Part shown: positions 16,648 through 25,263 of the stretch, in pieces
How the letters are laid out: the number at the start of each line of letters is the position of its first letter
Numbering within the stretch: position 1 is the stretch's first letter
Source of the DNA: an uncultured Candidatus Saccharibacteria bacterium
GTDB lineage: Bacteria > Patescibacteriota > Saccharimonadia > Saccharimonadales > Saccharimonadaceae
Direction: 5' to 3'
Assembly (NCBI GenBank): GCA_946532885.1
Contig: CAMNBP010000001.1
Location: 1 to 42,362, forward strand
DNA length: 42,362 nt
Program-made: the position numbers and the translations under genes
Notes under the pieces: generated by a model
What the model was told of the DNA's origin: nothing
Databases searched by the model: none
What the model saw: the letters and a program-made list of their open reading frames with translations, nothing else

Positions 16648-17319
16648 ATGATGAGCGATAAAGTAGCAGATACCGTCGAGGCCAAATCTCTTAAAGTGAA
16701 TTATTACGATTTATTCTGGATGTTTATTTTTGGCAGCGTAGCCGGCTTTATTCTAGAAGGCGTCTGGAGCGCGTGGCGCTTTGGGGCTTGGGCGAATCAT
16801 GCCGCTACGGTTTGGGGGCCATTTTGTATTATTTATGGCGCAGGGATGGTCGCAATTTATCTGTTGGCGCAAAAAATTGCAAAATATAATACGTTGGTAA
16901 AGTTTATCTTGTTTTCGCTGGGAGGCGCTTTATTAGAGTTTGGTTGTGGTGTGCTGCAGGGTTTGGTCTTTGGATCGAGGTCCTGGGATTATGGTGGACC
17001 ATTCTTCGGTTTAATTAATCTTGAAATGACGATTGTCTGGGGCTTGCTCGGGGTGGTATTTAGCTGGCTTGTGCTACCCTTCACGAATAAGATGATTGGC
17101 AGATTTAATACGAAATTTTGGCGTCGTGCCGGAATTGTCTTATCGATTTTTATGATATTGGATTTTGCAGTTACTAGTATGGCTGTGTGGCGTTGGGGCG
17201 ACCGTCTACAAGGGATTGAAGCAAGAAATAAGACCGAGGAAGTCCTCGATCTTCATTTCGATAATATGAGAATGTCGGAAATCTTTCCGAATATGGAATT
17301 CCGCAAGTTGGGCGACTAA
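16648..17319 (+). CDS. Polytopic membrane protein (resembles the 'putative ABC-transporter type IV' / DUF1113 family)
   Basis: Six or so hydrophobic helices; FWMFIFGSVAGFILEGVW and SWDYGG motifs recall that family. Confidence 0.5.
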   Translation: MMSDKVADTVEAKSLKVNYYDLFWMFIFGSVAGFILEGVWSAWRFGAWANHAATVWGPFCIIYGAGMVAIYLLAQKIAKYNTLVKFILFSLGGALLEFGCGVLQGLVFGSRSWDYGGPFFGLINLEMTIVWGLLGVVFSWLVLPFTNKMIGRFNTKFWRRAGIVLSIFMILDFAVTSMAVWRWGDRLQGIEARNKTEEVLDLHFDNMRMSEIFPNMEFRKLGD

Positions 17320-18356
17320 TAGTCTATGTGATTTATAGTCGATTTGCCAGCTTTGAACGAGATGACGTATTTATAAAGTACGTTACTAACCGCTTTACCG
17401 TCGACTAAATCTATTTCGTAGGCTGTCACTACGCCGTCCATTTCGGTGATTTTTTTATCTTCTAAATATTTAACTAAGTTTTCGGTGAAGGTTCCCGCTT
17501 CATCCTCTTCGAGGCTCATCATAATAATGAGGTAACCACTTTGTTGCACTCGCACATCTACCAAATCGCCTTCTTTCATCTTGCCGGCAGCGACTTGGTT
17601 GTCGACGTAGTTTTTGATGAGCTTGGCGATATCATTCGGATGAGTAAAGCCGGCCAAAATTGCCTCGACGTCGTCTGCGATGATGATTTGATTATCTTTG
17701 AGCTCGACGCTAGCATAAACGACGCCCTTATCTGTTGAGACGGCGTACTGGCCGTCCTGGTAGAAGGTGTCTTTTTTGTTTACTTTTAGTTCGTACTTCT
17801 TTGTGTAGTAATTATTGAGATAGTCCATCCATTGTGCGCGCTCAATTTTTAGCTCGCAATCGCCGACCTCTGAGACTTTTTCGCTAAGAAATTCGCCACT
17901 AAGGTTAGATATGCGCTTTTCGCCATTTGAGAGACAAACTACAGCGTGGTTATCGAAAAATGTAGCGTATGAGTTGTCTTTAAAATCGTTGCCATTTTCG
18001 TCTTTCATGGCGTCGGCGCTGATCTTCTTGAGGTCGTCGGCGAAGAAGACGAGACTTTCATTTGTGGCGGCTGGAATTTTGGTAGCAAGTTCGGTAGCTT
18101 TCTGGGTGTCTTGGTCGAGTAATTTTGATGTAATGATATATAATGCTGTGGCACTTACGCTAAGTAAGATTATGACGCATATGGTCGCAATAATCAGCGC
18201 GGTCATGCCTTTTTCCTTTATAGGTTCTATCTCTTGATTCGTTTCTGGTTCGGAACCAGGATTAATTTGTTGACCGTAATTCTGATTCATTTGTGTTGGT
18301 TCCATTGGTGGCGTTGGTACGTTATTTGGAGCCGTATAGAAGTTATTATTATCCAT
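17316..18356 (-). CDS. Hypothetical type-II-anchored membrane protein
   Basis: N/Q/P-rich N-terminus, one TM (MTALIIATICVIILLSVSATALYII), roughly 270-aa ectodomain with no motif I recognise. Confidence 0.5.
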   Translation of the reverse strand: MDNNNFYTAPNNVPTPPMEPTQMNQNYGQQINPGSEPETNQEIEPIKEKGMTALIIATICVIILLSVSATALYIITSKLLDQDTQKATELATKIPAATNESLVFFADDLKKISADAMKDENGNDFKDNSYATFFDNHAVVCLSNGEKRISNLSGEFLSEKVSEVGDCELKIERAQWMDYLNNYYTKKYELKVNKKDTFYQDGQYAVSTDKGVVYASVELKDNQIIIADDVEAILAGFTHPNDIAKLIKNYVDNQVAAGKMKEGDLVDVRVQQSGYLIIMMSLEEDEAGTFTENLVKYLEDKKITEMDGVVTAYEIDLVDGKAVSNVLYKYVISFKAGKSTINHIDY

Positions 18357-18362
18357 GAGTCT

Positions 18363-18368
18363 ATTATA
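18363..18368 (-). promoter_or_regulatory. -10 box (TATAAT, minus strand); predicted leaderless transcript
   Basis: Exactly 6 nt (AGACTC) before ATG18356, just downstream of the rpsI terminator. Confidence 0.45.
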
Positions 18369-18394
18369 TATTGTTTATGTTTTGTTTTCGGCGC

Positions 18395-18426
18395 AAAAAA
18401 TATCTCCCCTGATGGAGAGATATTTT
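18395..18426 (-). terminator. Intrinsic terminator after rpsI (shared-sequence hairpin, copy A)
   Basis: AAAATATCTC(CCC)-TGAT-GGAGAGATATTTT. On the minus strand the stem is followed by TTTTTTG. Confidence 0.7.
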
Positions 18427-18440
18427 CTTGAATTGCGATA

Positions 18441-18839
18441 TTAACGCTTGGAGAACTGTTCGCGTTTGCGAGCACTGCGGAGACCGTAGTGTTTGCGTTC
18501 CTTTTCGCGTGGATCACGTTTCATCAAACCGGCCTTCTTGAGAATTGGGCGGAATTCTGGGAATTCGGTAACCAATGCGCGAGAGATGGCGAGTTTAATT
18601 GCGTCGACCTGGCCGGCGAGACCGCCGCCTTTGACGACTACAGTGATATCGTATTCTTTCTGCTTCTGTACCATTGCAAGTGGATCGGTAACTTCAGCGA
18701 GCAAAGTCTTGTTGTTGCTGAGATATTCTGCAGCTGGCTTGCCGTTGATGGTTAATTCACCTTTGCCCTTGTAGAGACGAGCAGTGGCGGTAGCGGCTTT
18801 GCGGCTACCATTGCCGTAGGTATACTTCTTAGCTGGCAT
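18441..18839 (-). CDS. rpsI: 30S ribosomal protein S9
   Basis: 132 aa, ..GGGLAGQVDAIKLAISRAL.., C-terminal ..RSARKREQFSKR. Follows rplM. Confidence 0.95.
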   Translation of the reverse strand: MPAKKYTYGNGSRKAATATARLYKGKGELTINGKPAAEYLSNNKTLLAEVTDPLAMVQKQKEYDITVVVKGGGLAGQVDAIKLAISRALVTEFPEFRPILKKAGLMKRDPREKERKHYGLRSARKREQFSKR

Positions 18840-19264
18840 TACTTAATCTCCTTTGGCTGTTGTGCCGTGTGAGCATGCTCTGCGCCTGGGAAGACGCGGA
18901 GGCGAGCTAAGCGATCGGCCTGTAATTTGTTTTTTGGAATCATGCCGGCAACCGCTTGGCGGATTGCGAGGCTTGGGTCCTTCTCGATAACTTCAGCGAG
19001 AGTAAGGTCGGTAAGACCGCCCGGGAAGCCAGAGTGGCGATAATAGTGCTTATCGGTCATCTTTTCGCCAGTAACCTTGAGGTTTTTGGCGTTGGTTACT
19101 ACGACATAGTCACCGTTGTCGGTGTGTGGGGTGTAAGTAACTTTTGACTTGCCCATGAGCTTGTCGGCGATTACGACGGCGAGTTTGCCAAGTGGCAAAA
19201 CAGAAGCGTCAATAATCCACCATTCGCGCTGAATTTCGGAGGATTTCTGACTATAAGTCTTCAT
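18839..19264 (-). CDS. rplM: 50S ribosomal protein L13
   Basis: 141 aa, ..REWWIIDASVLPLGKLA.., paired with rpsI. Confidence 0.95.
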   Translation of the reverse strand: MKTYSQKSSEIQREWWIIDASVLPLGKLAVVIADKLMGKSKVTYTPHTDNGDYVVVTNAKNLKVTGEKMTDKHYYRHSGFPGGLTDLTLAEVIEKDPSLAIRQAVAGMIPKNKLQADRLARLRVFPGAEHAHTAQQPKEIK

Positions 19265-19656
19265 TATTTCTTCTCCTCCTTAGCTTCAGCCTTGTCCTTG
19301 ATCTCGTCAACGAAGGAAATGGTTGCCATTTCGGCATTGTCGCCACGGCGGAAGCCGGTGCGTTCAATGCGAAGATAACCACTGTTGCGCTTAATCTGTG
19401 GCGCAATCACATCGATGAGTGCGTTGCCGGTCTCTTGGTCATCCAAGCGAGCGATAACGAGACGACGTGCAGCTAAATCACCTTTCTTTGCGATAGTGAT
19501 GAGCTTTTCAGCTGGGCGACGAATTTCCTTAGCTTTAGCTAAAGTTGTATTAATTGATTTGTACTTAAACAAGGAGCGCATCAAACCGCGTGTTAGTGCA
19601 GTGCGTTGATCGTTTTCACGACCGAACTTGCGCCCTTTATATCCATGGCGATGCAT
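19264..19656 (-). CDS. rplQ: 50S ribosomal protein L17
   Basis: 130 aa, MHRHGYKGRKFGR.., directly after rpoA. Confidence 0.93.
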   Translation of the reverse strand: MHRHGYKGRKFGRENDQRTALTRGLMRSLFKYKSINTTLAKAKEIRRPAEKLITIAKKGDLAARRLVIARLDDQETGNALIDVIAPQIKRNSGYLRIERTGFRRGDNAEMATISFVDEIKDKAEAKEEKK

Positions 19657-20580
19657 TTAGATTTTTAACTCCGTAAGTTTTTCGCGAACCTCATCGAGAG
19701 CTTTAGCGCCGAAGCCCTTAAGTTCCTTGAGATCGCTTTCTGATAATACGACGAGGTCGCGGACCGTATGGATGTCATTGTTGAGTAATGCATTTGCGGT
19801 GCGAGCTGAAAGGCCAAGTTCTTCGATTGGAAGAAGAAGACCAGAATCATCCTCGGCTTGGTTGGCGTTTGGTGCTGGTGCGGATTCTACCGTAGTGCTA
19901 CCAGCAAGCGCCTTGTATTGGTTAACCAAGATAGCGGCAGCTTCCTCGAAAGCCTCACGTGGGGTGATGGTACCATCGGTGTCGATGGTGAGGGTGAGCT
20001 GTTGTAAGTTGGTATCTTGACCAACACGGGTGTTTTCAGCGTTGTAGCGGACGCGGAGAACTGGGGTGAAGACGGCGTCTAGCGCAATCATGTCACCGTG
20101 GATGCGTTCTTCGCTCGATTGTTCGATGCTGAGATAGCCACGGCCAGTGTCAACAACCATATCCATCTTCAAAGTGAAGTTTGGATCATCGATGTTGCAG
20201 ATAACTTGCTGTGGGTTGGAAATTTCAACCTCTGCTGGAAGCTTGATGTCGCCAGCGAGAACCGTACCGGTGCCCTTCTTTTCGAGATGAATCTCGACAG
20301 GAGCGTCGGAATGAGACTTGAGGTGAATATTCTTGAGGTTGAGCATGATGTCAACGGTGTCCTCGACGATGCCAGGGACGGCGGAAAACTCATGCGTGGT
20401 ACCTTCGATGCGGAAAGCCGTAATAGCGGCACCTTTGATGCTAGACAAGAGAACACGACGAAGTGAATTGCCAAGTGTGTTACCGTAGCCATAGTAAAGT
20501 GGCTTGATAACAAAGCTGGAACTGTTTTCACCAAGGTCTTTGATCTCTGCTAGTTCTGCTTCGTGAATTACTTTTGTCAT
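19657..20580 (-). CDS. rpoA: DNA-directed RNA polymerase subunit alpha
   Basis: 307 aa; NTD (GYGNTLGNSLRRVLLSS) and CTD (LSARTANALLNNDIHTVRDL). Confidence 0.95.
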   Translation of the reverse strand: MTKVIHEAELAEIKDLGENSSSFVIKPLYYGYGNTLGNSLRRVLLSSIKGAAITAFRIEGTTHEFSAVPGIVEDTVDIMLNLKNIHLKSHSDAPVEIHLEKKGTGTVLAGDIKLPAEVEISNPQQVICNIDDPNFTLKMDMVVDTGRGYLSIEQSSEERIHGDMIALDAVFTPVLRVRYNAENTRVGQDTNLQQLTLTIDTDGTITPREAFEEAAAILVNQYKALAGSTTVESAPAPNANQAEDDSGLLLPIEELGLSARTANALLNNDIHTVRDLVVLSESDLKELKGFGAKALDEVREKLTELKI

Positions 20581-20589
20581 AGTTCTCCT

Positions 20590-21207
20590 TTAGCGTGAGT
20601 AATACTCGACGATTAATTGTTCGTTGATGCCCACCTCAGCTTCTTCGCGCTTTGGCGTACCAGTAATTTCAATTTTCATTTTCTTGACATCTGCCTTCAT
20701 CCAAGAAAGTTGTGCCTGGCTAGCGGCACCGGCGATGTTTTCAAGATTTGTAAAGTAACTGTTTTTCTTTGCTTTTGGACGAACTTCAAGTACGTCGCCT
20801 GGGTTAAGGCGTACGCTTGGAATGTCGATACGACGGCCGTTCAATAGGAAATGACCGTGTGAAACGAGTTGACGTGCGGCGCGGCGCGTTGAAGCGAAGC
20901 CTGCGCGATAAACTACGTTGTCGGCACGACGCTCGAGATATTCGAGCAATACTTCGCCGGTCATGCCTTCGGCGCGTTGTGCTTCACGCATTAACTTTGC
21001 GAACTGCTTTTCGAGTAAACCGTAGATGCGGCGAACTTTCTGCTTTTCGCGAAGTTGGGTGAGGTAGAGGCTGCCACCACGGACGCGCATATCTGCGTGT
21101 TCGCCTGGAATACCAGATTTTTTGGCCATGATTTTGGCGGCTTTTGGTGCGAGCGCATAACCTTCACGGCGTGATTGCTTGCCAATAGGTGATAAATCGC
21201 GTGCCAT
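20590..21207 (-). CDS. rpsD: 30S ribosomal protein S4
   Basis: 205 aa; RADNVVYRAGFASTRRAARQLVSHGHFLLNGRRIDIPS (S4 domain). Confidence 0.95.
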   Translation of the reverse strand: MARDLSPIGKQSRREGYALAPKAAKIMAKKSGIPGEHADMRVRGGSLYLTQLREKQKVRRIYGLLEKQFAKLMREAQRAEGMTGEVLLEYLERRADNVVYRAGFASTRRAARQLVSHGHFLLNGRRIDIPSVRLNPGDVLEVRPKAKKNSYFTNLENIAGAASQAQLSWMKADVKKMKIEITGTPKREEAEVGINEQLIVEYYSR

Positions 21208-21644
21208 TATGGTTTCCTCTCTCCCTTAGGACGAACGCCACCGTGTGCGATAGGCGTTTTGTCGGTGATGCTATTGATAGAAATGCCTTGGGTGCTGAAG
21301 GCGCGGATTGCGCTATCGCGACCAAGACCGATGCCCTTAACGTAGACATCGACGGTTTTCATGCCGTGATCGCGCTTGGCGATTTCGGCAACCTTTTCAG
21401 CTGCAATCTGAGCGGCATAGGCGGTACCTTTTTTGGAACCACGGAAGCCGTTAGCGCCGGCTGAAGAAGCGGTGAGGATTTCACCCTTCTTATCGGTAAC
21501 ACTGACGATGGTGTTATTGAAAGTAGCTTGAATATGAACCTCGCCAGCTTGGACAATGCGTTTGCCCTTCTTGCCGCGCTTTGCAGCTGCGACAGGTGCT
21601 TGCTCCACTTCAGGAGCTTGTTTGACTGATGTATCTTCTGCCAT
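21207..21644 (-). CDS. rpsK: 30S ribosomal protein S11
   Basis: 145 aa; HIQATFNNTIVSVTD..., position between rpsM and rpsD. Confidence 0.95.
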   Translation of the reverse strand: MAEDTSVKQAPEVEQAPVAAAKRGKKGKRIVQAGEVHIQATFNNTIVSVTDKKGEILTASSAGANGFRGSKKGTAYAAQIAAEKVAEIAKRDHGMKTVDVYVKGIGLGRDSAIRAFSTQGISINSITDKTPIAHGGVRPKGERKP

Positions 21645-21659
21645 ATTAACTCCTTAAGT

Positions 21660-22046
21660 TTAGGTTTTACTTGCTGCTTTTGGTTGGGCGCCGCCGACGG
21701 CGATAGCCTTACCTTTACGAGTGCGCGCATTCGTGCGGGTGCGCTGACCGTTGACTGGTAGACCTGCTTTGTGGCGTAGACCCTTGTAGGAATTGATATC
21801 CTTGATACGTTTAATATTGTTTGTCACGAGGCGCTTCAAGTCTCCTTCAACGGAATATTTGCTAGAAATAATATCGTTGAGCTTTTGCTCTTGAGCCTCG
21901 GTGAGATCTTTCACCCGAGTGGTCGGCTCGATTTTAGCCGCCGCAAGGATGGCTTTGCTTGTGGTGCGGCCAATACCATAAACGTAAGTCAAGCCGATTT
22001 CGACTTGCTTTTCGCTAGGAATGGTAACACCGGCGATTCTTGCCAT
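21660..22046 (-). CDS. rpsM: 30S ribosomal protein S13
   Basis: 128 aa, [10 protein letters not shown]... Confidence 0.95.
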   Translation of the reverse strand: MARIAGVTIPSEKQVEIGLTYVYGIGRTTSKAILAAAKIEPTTRVKDLTEAQEQKLNDIISSKYSVEGDLKRLVTNNIKRIKDINSYKGLRHKAGLPVNGQRTRTNARTRKGKAIAVGGAQPKAASKT

Positions 22047-22048
22047 GC

Positions 22049-22165
22049 TTAACCCTGCCTTTGCTTATTCTTAGGTTTTTTCTTGTTGATGATACGAAGC
22101 ACGCCTTTGCGACGCACAATGATATCGTCAGGGCTAATTTTCTTTACACTGGCACGAACTTTCAT
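22049..22165 (-). CDS. rpmJ: 50S ribosomal protein L36 (variant without zinc ligands)
   Basis: 38-aa ORF not in the supplied track, translated by hand: [38 protein letters not shown]. Canonical position between infA and rpsM. Confidence 0.9.
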   Translation of the reverse strand: MKVRASVKKISPDDIIVRRKGVLRIINKKKPKNKQRQG

Positions 22166-22258
22166 GTATTGAAAATGTCCTTTCTTGAAAGCATCGTTTT
22201 ACCCTTCGTGGTTATATAAAATAACCGCGAGTGGGAATTCTCTCGCTTTCGGTTAAAA

Positions 22259-22549
22259 TTAATCTTTTTGGCGGTAGCTGATGCGCCCCTTCGTGAGATC
22301 GTATGGGGTTAGCTCAACATCCACCTTATCGCCCGGCACGAGACGGATATAATTCTTTCGCATTTTACCCGACATGTGAGCGATGATATTATGGCCATTC
22401 TCTAGTTCGACACGAAACATCGTGCCCGGAAGGGCCTCAACAACTTTACCGGAAAGCTTAATAACTTCCTTTTTTGGTTTATTGTCGTTAGAAGCATCAG
22501 AACGATGCTTCGACTTGACACCTCTTGTCGATTTCTTTTGACTAGCCAT
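22259..22549 (-). CDS. infA: Translation initiation factor IF-1 with a roughly 24-aa basic N-terminal extension
   Basis: C-terminal 72 aa form the IF-1 OB fold: [63 protein letters not shown]. Confidence 0.93.
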   Translation of the reverse strand: MASQKKSTRGVKSKHRSDASNDNKPKKEVIKLSGKVVEALPGTMFRVELENGHNIIAHMSGKMRKNYIRLVPGDKVDVELTPYDLTKGRISYRQKD

Positions 22550-22562
22550 AAATTACCATGTG

Positions 22563-22571
22563 ATTATATCA
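22563..22571 (-). promoter_or_regulatory. Extended -10 promoter (TGATATAAT, minus strand) for infA
   Basis: Lies between the upstream hairpin (22572-22610) and ATG22549; the leader would be only about 7 nt. Confidence 0.45.
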
Positions 22572-22610
22572 AAAAATCCCCCAAAAGTAAATAGATTTTA
22601 GGGGGATTTT
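22572..22610 (-). terminator. Terminator-like hairpin after the sortase-like gene
   Basis: AAAAATCCCCC..(18-nt loop)..GGGGGATTTT. On the minus strand it is followed by TTTTTT. Confidence 0.5.
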
Positions 22611-22611
22611 G

Positions 22612-23298
22612 TTATTCTTTGATTGTTGCTTGGACGATTGCGACTGACTCGTATTTGCTGCCGTTTTCGGACTTGATATTGGTTACTAGAATTAAGGTTT
22701 CTTTTCCATCGATGGTCTTTTGGACTTTTGTAAGTTCTTCTTTGGCGTTAGATTTATCGACTAGGCCAACACCGTATACTTCATAATTATATTTTTCGCC
22801 AGAACCGGTTTCGATTGAGATCTCGTTACCCTTTTCCAGGCTATCCAAGTTGGCGAAAACGCCTTTTTTGCCAGAATCGCCACTGTCCAGACCTGAAATA
22901 ATGATGTATGCGCCTGTGCCAGGCCTTGCAGATCCTGAATACCATGCAACTTCATGAATATTGCTTGGAACCTGCAACACATGCGCATTGACGCTCGTTC
23001 TTTCGATAATGATTTTGTTTAGGTCGAGACGTGGAATATAGAGATAGCGTGGTTCATCGGCCGCAACTTGATGTTGGTCAATTTCTTCTTGGGTTGGTTC
23101 AGTTTCCGATGGATTGATGGCGCTGGCGATTTCTGTAATGACAGCAGTTGCCTCGTTGCGACGTTCGTTGGTTTTGTTGGCGTAGTAGCTCTTCTCCCAG
23201 AAGAATACTTTTGCCATCAAAACTACAACTATCAGGACAGCCAACCACCCGATAATTTTGAAAATATTACTAGCTGTTTTACTGATTTTTAGACTCAT
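22612..23298 (-). CDS. Membrane-anchored sortase-fold homologue lacking the catalytic His, Cys and Arg (pseudo-sortase)
   Basis: N-terminal TM. Motifs YLYIPRLDL, ARPGTGAY, IIISGLD (in place of xxGH), VFANLDSLEKGNEISIET..YNYEV, and LILVTN (in place of LxTC). No cysteine in the protein. Start overlaps the secY stop (ATGA). Confidence 0.6.
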   Translation of the reverse strand: MSLKISKTASNIFKIIGWLAVLIVVVLMAKVFFWEKSYYANKTNERRNEATAVITEIASAINPSETEPTQEEIDQHQVAADEPRYLYIPRLDLNKIIIERTSVNAHVLQVPSNIHEVAWYSGSARPGTGAYIIISGLDSGDSGKKGVFANLDSLEKGNEISIETGSGEKYNYEVYGVGLVDKSNAKEELTKVQKTIDGKETLILVTNIKSENGSKYESVAIVQATIKE

Positions 23299-24698
23299 TC
23301 TTGATAATCGTCGTAAGTTACCATTAACGCACGAGAATTAATCTGGCGGAGGTTTTCAATCGCGACTGTGACGATAATGAGGAGACCGGTGCCCGATATA
23401 GAAAGACCAAGTGGATAGCCGAGAGTGACGATGCAAATGTAGTCTGTGATGTATGGCAACATTGCAATTAAACCGAGGGCTAACGAGCCGAATAAATTCA
23501 AACGGTTAACTGTGCGATTGAAATACTTTTCAGTTTCGCGACCTGGGCGTACACCCTCAATAAAGCCACCTTGTTTTTGTAGATTCTCGGCAATTTCTTG
23601 CGAGTTGAAGATGATGCCAGTATAGAAGTAGGTGAACATTACTACTAGGATGAAGTATAGAATTGGATAAATGAAGCTTTCTGCGGTTAATCCCGTGTAT
23701 GTATTTGCATTAGGCGCCGAGAACCAGGTAATAAGATTGCTGGCAATTTGGCTGTTAGGATCATTGCGTTGGATTAATTGACCTATAAACGATGGAACCG
23801 ATAGGAATGCGACTGCGAAGATAACTGGGACGACGCCAGCTGCAATCAATTTGATTGGCATGATAGATTTGATGCCGCCATAGGCGCTGTTACCGTGTAC
23901 GCGCTTTGCGTAATTAATTGTAATAATTCGCTGAGCTTCGTTAATCTTGACCAGGAAGTATAGAACGATAATGAGGCCCACTAACAAGGCTGCTACTACG
24001 CCAAGCATAGTTGGGTTCATGCCGGTTTTGAGGCCGAAGATTTCGAGCTCGCCATAGCTTGTATTGAATAACTGTGCGCCAAGCGATGATAGCGTGGTAG
24101 GTAAACCGGAAATAATACTACAGAAGATTACTGTCGAGATACCGTTGCCGATACCCTGTTCGGTGATGAGCTCGCCGAGCCACATTAAGAGAATTGAGCC
24201 GGCAGTCATAGCAGTTACGGCGACCGCCCAGTCATAGTTTGAAAGCGTAATAGTTGTTGAGGTATTTGTTGCGACGACTTGTTGGAAAAGAATATAAACG
24301 TATGCAAATGACTGCATGATTGCTAGTGGTACCGTAAGAACGCGCGTCCACTGAGCGATTTTGCGACGGCCAGTTTCGCCGTCATTATTGAGCTCTTCCA
24401 TACGTGGGATGGCTTTCGTGAGAAGCTGCATAACGATTGATGCGGTAATGTACGGAGACAAGCCAACGAGGATAATCGAGAAGTTGGTCAAACCGCCACC
24501 GGAAATTAAGTTAAGGAAGCCACCTAAATCTGTGCTTCGGATAAGGTTATCGACTGCTTGTTTGAATGTTGTTGCGTCTCCAAGCGGAACTGGAACGTGT
24601 GCAAGAATGCGATAGACAATCAAAATGCCAACGACCGCAAAAATACGCTTGCGCATCTCCTTATTCTTGAAAGACTTAAAAATCGTCTTGAAATTCAT
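23295..24698 (-). CDS. secY: Preprotein translocase subunit SecY
   Basis: 467 aa, polytopic; ..GGGLTNFSIILVGLSPYITASIVMQLL.., follows rplO. Confidence 0.95.
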   Translation of the reverse strand: MNFKTIFKSFKNKEMRKRIFAVVGILIVYRILAHVPVPLGDATTFKQAVDNLIRSTDLGGFLNLISGGGLTNFSIILVGLSPYITASIVMQLLTKAIPRMEELNNDGETGRRKIAQWTRVLTVPLAIMQSFAYVYILFQQVVATNTSTTITLSNYDWAVAVTAMTAGSILLMWLGELITEQGIGNGISTVIFCSIISGLPTTLSSLGAQLFNTSYGELEIFGLKTGMNPTMLGVVAALLVGLIIVLYFLVKINEAQRIITINYAKRVHGNSAYGGIKSIMPIKLIAAGVVPVIFAVAFLSVPSFIGQLIQRNDPNSQIASNLITWFSAPNANTYTGLTAESFIYPILYFILVVMFTYFYTGIIFNSQEIAENLQKQGGFIEGVRPGRETEKYFNRTVNRLNLFGSLALGLIAMLPYITDYICIVTLGYPLGLSISGTGLLIIVTVAIENLRQINSRALMVTYDDYQE

Positions 24699-24748
24699 AA
24701 TACCTCTTATTTACTCTTCTCATATTATCATAAAACACCCTATCATAC

Positions 24749-24781
24749 AAAAAATATCTCCCCTAAGCGAGGAGATATTTT
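24749..24781 (-). terminator. Terminator/attenuator hairpin between rplO and secY (shared-sequence hairpin, copy B)
   Basis: AAAATATCTCC-(CCTAAGCGA)-GGAGATATTTT. On the minus strand it is followed by TTTTTTG. Confidence 0.55.
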
Positions 24782-24795
24782 CATAAGCTATTCGA

Positions 24796-25263
24796 TTAAG
24801 CTTCTTTTGCCTGTTTCTTGCGAGCAGGAACGGTTACTTTCTTGAAGCTACCGCCAGCTTTCTTGATGGCTTCAATTGCGCTCTTGCTAGCGAATTGGGT
24901 CTCAAGTTCAATCTTGGCGCTAAGCTCGCCACGGGTGATAACTTTCACCTTGGCGTATGGGTTAGCGATCAGATTTGCGTCGGCTAGAACAAAGTTATCA
25001 ACTTTGCCCTTTAGTTCATTAAGGTTGTCAGTGTAGATAACCTGAGCTTTGTCGTGAAGCGATTTGAAACCTTTGAGCTTCGGGATAGCTTGCATAATAG
25101 CGCGCTGACCACCCATGAAGCCTGCAGGAAGTTTGTGATGACCGGTGCGAGATTTTTGACCCTTGGTACCACGACCAGCAGTCTTACCTTGACCACCGGA
25201 AATACCACGACCGACACGTTTGGCTGACTGATTCTTGCTTACTTCGAGTTCGTTGTATTTCAT
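24796..25263 (-). CDS. rplO: 50S ribosomal protein L15
   Basis: 155 aa; KRVGRGISGGQGKTAGRGTKGQKSR. Confidence 0.95.
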   Translation of the reverse strand: MKYNELEVSKNQSAKRVGRGISGGQGKTAGRGTKGQKSRTGHHKLPAGFMGGQRAIMQAIPKLKGFKSLHDKAQVIYTDNLNELKGKVDNFVLADANLIANPYAKVKVITRGELSAKIELETQFASKSAIEAIKKAGGSFKKVTVPARKKQAKEA

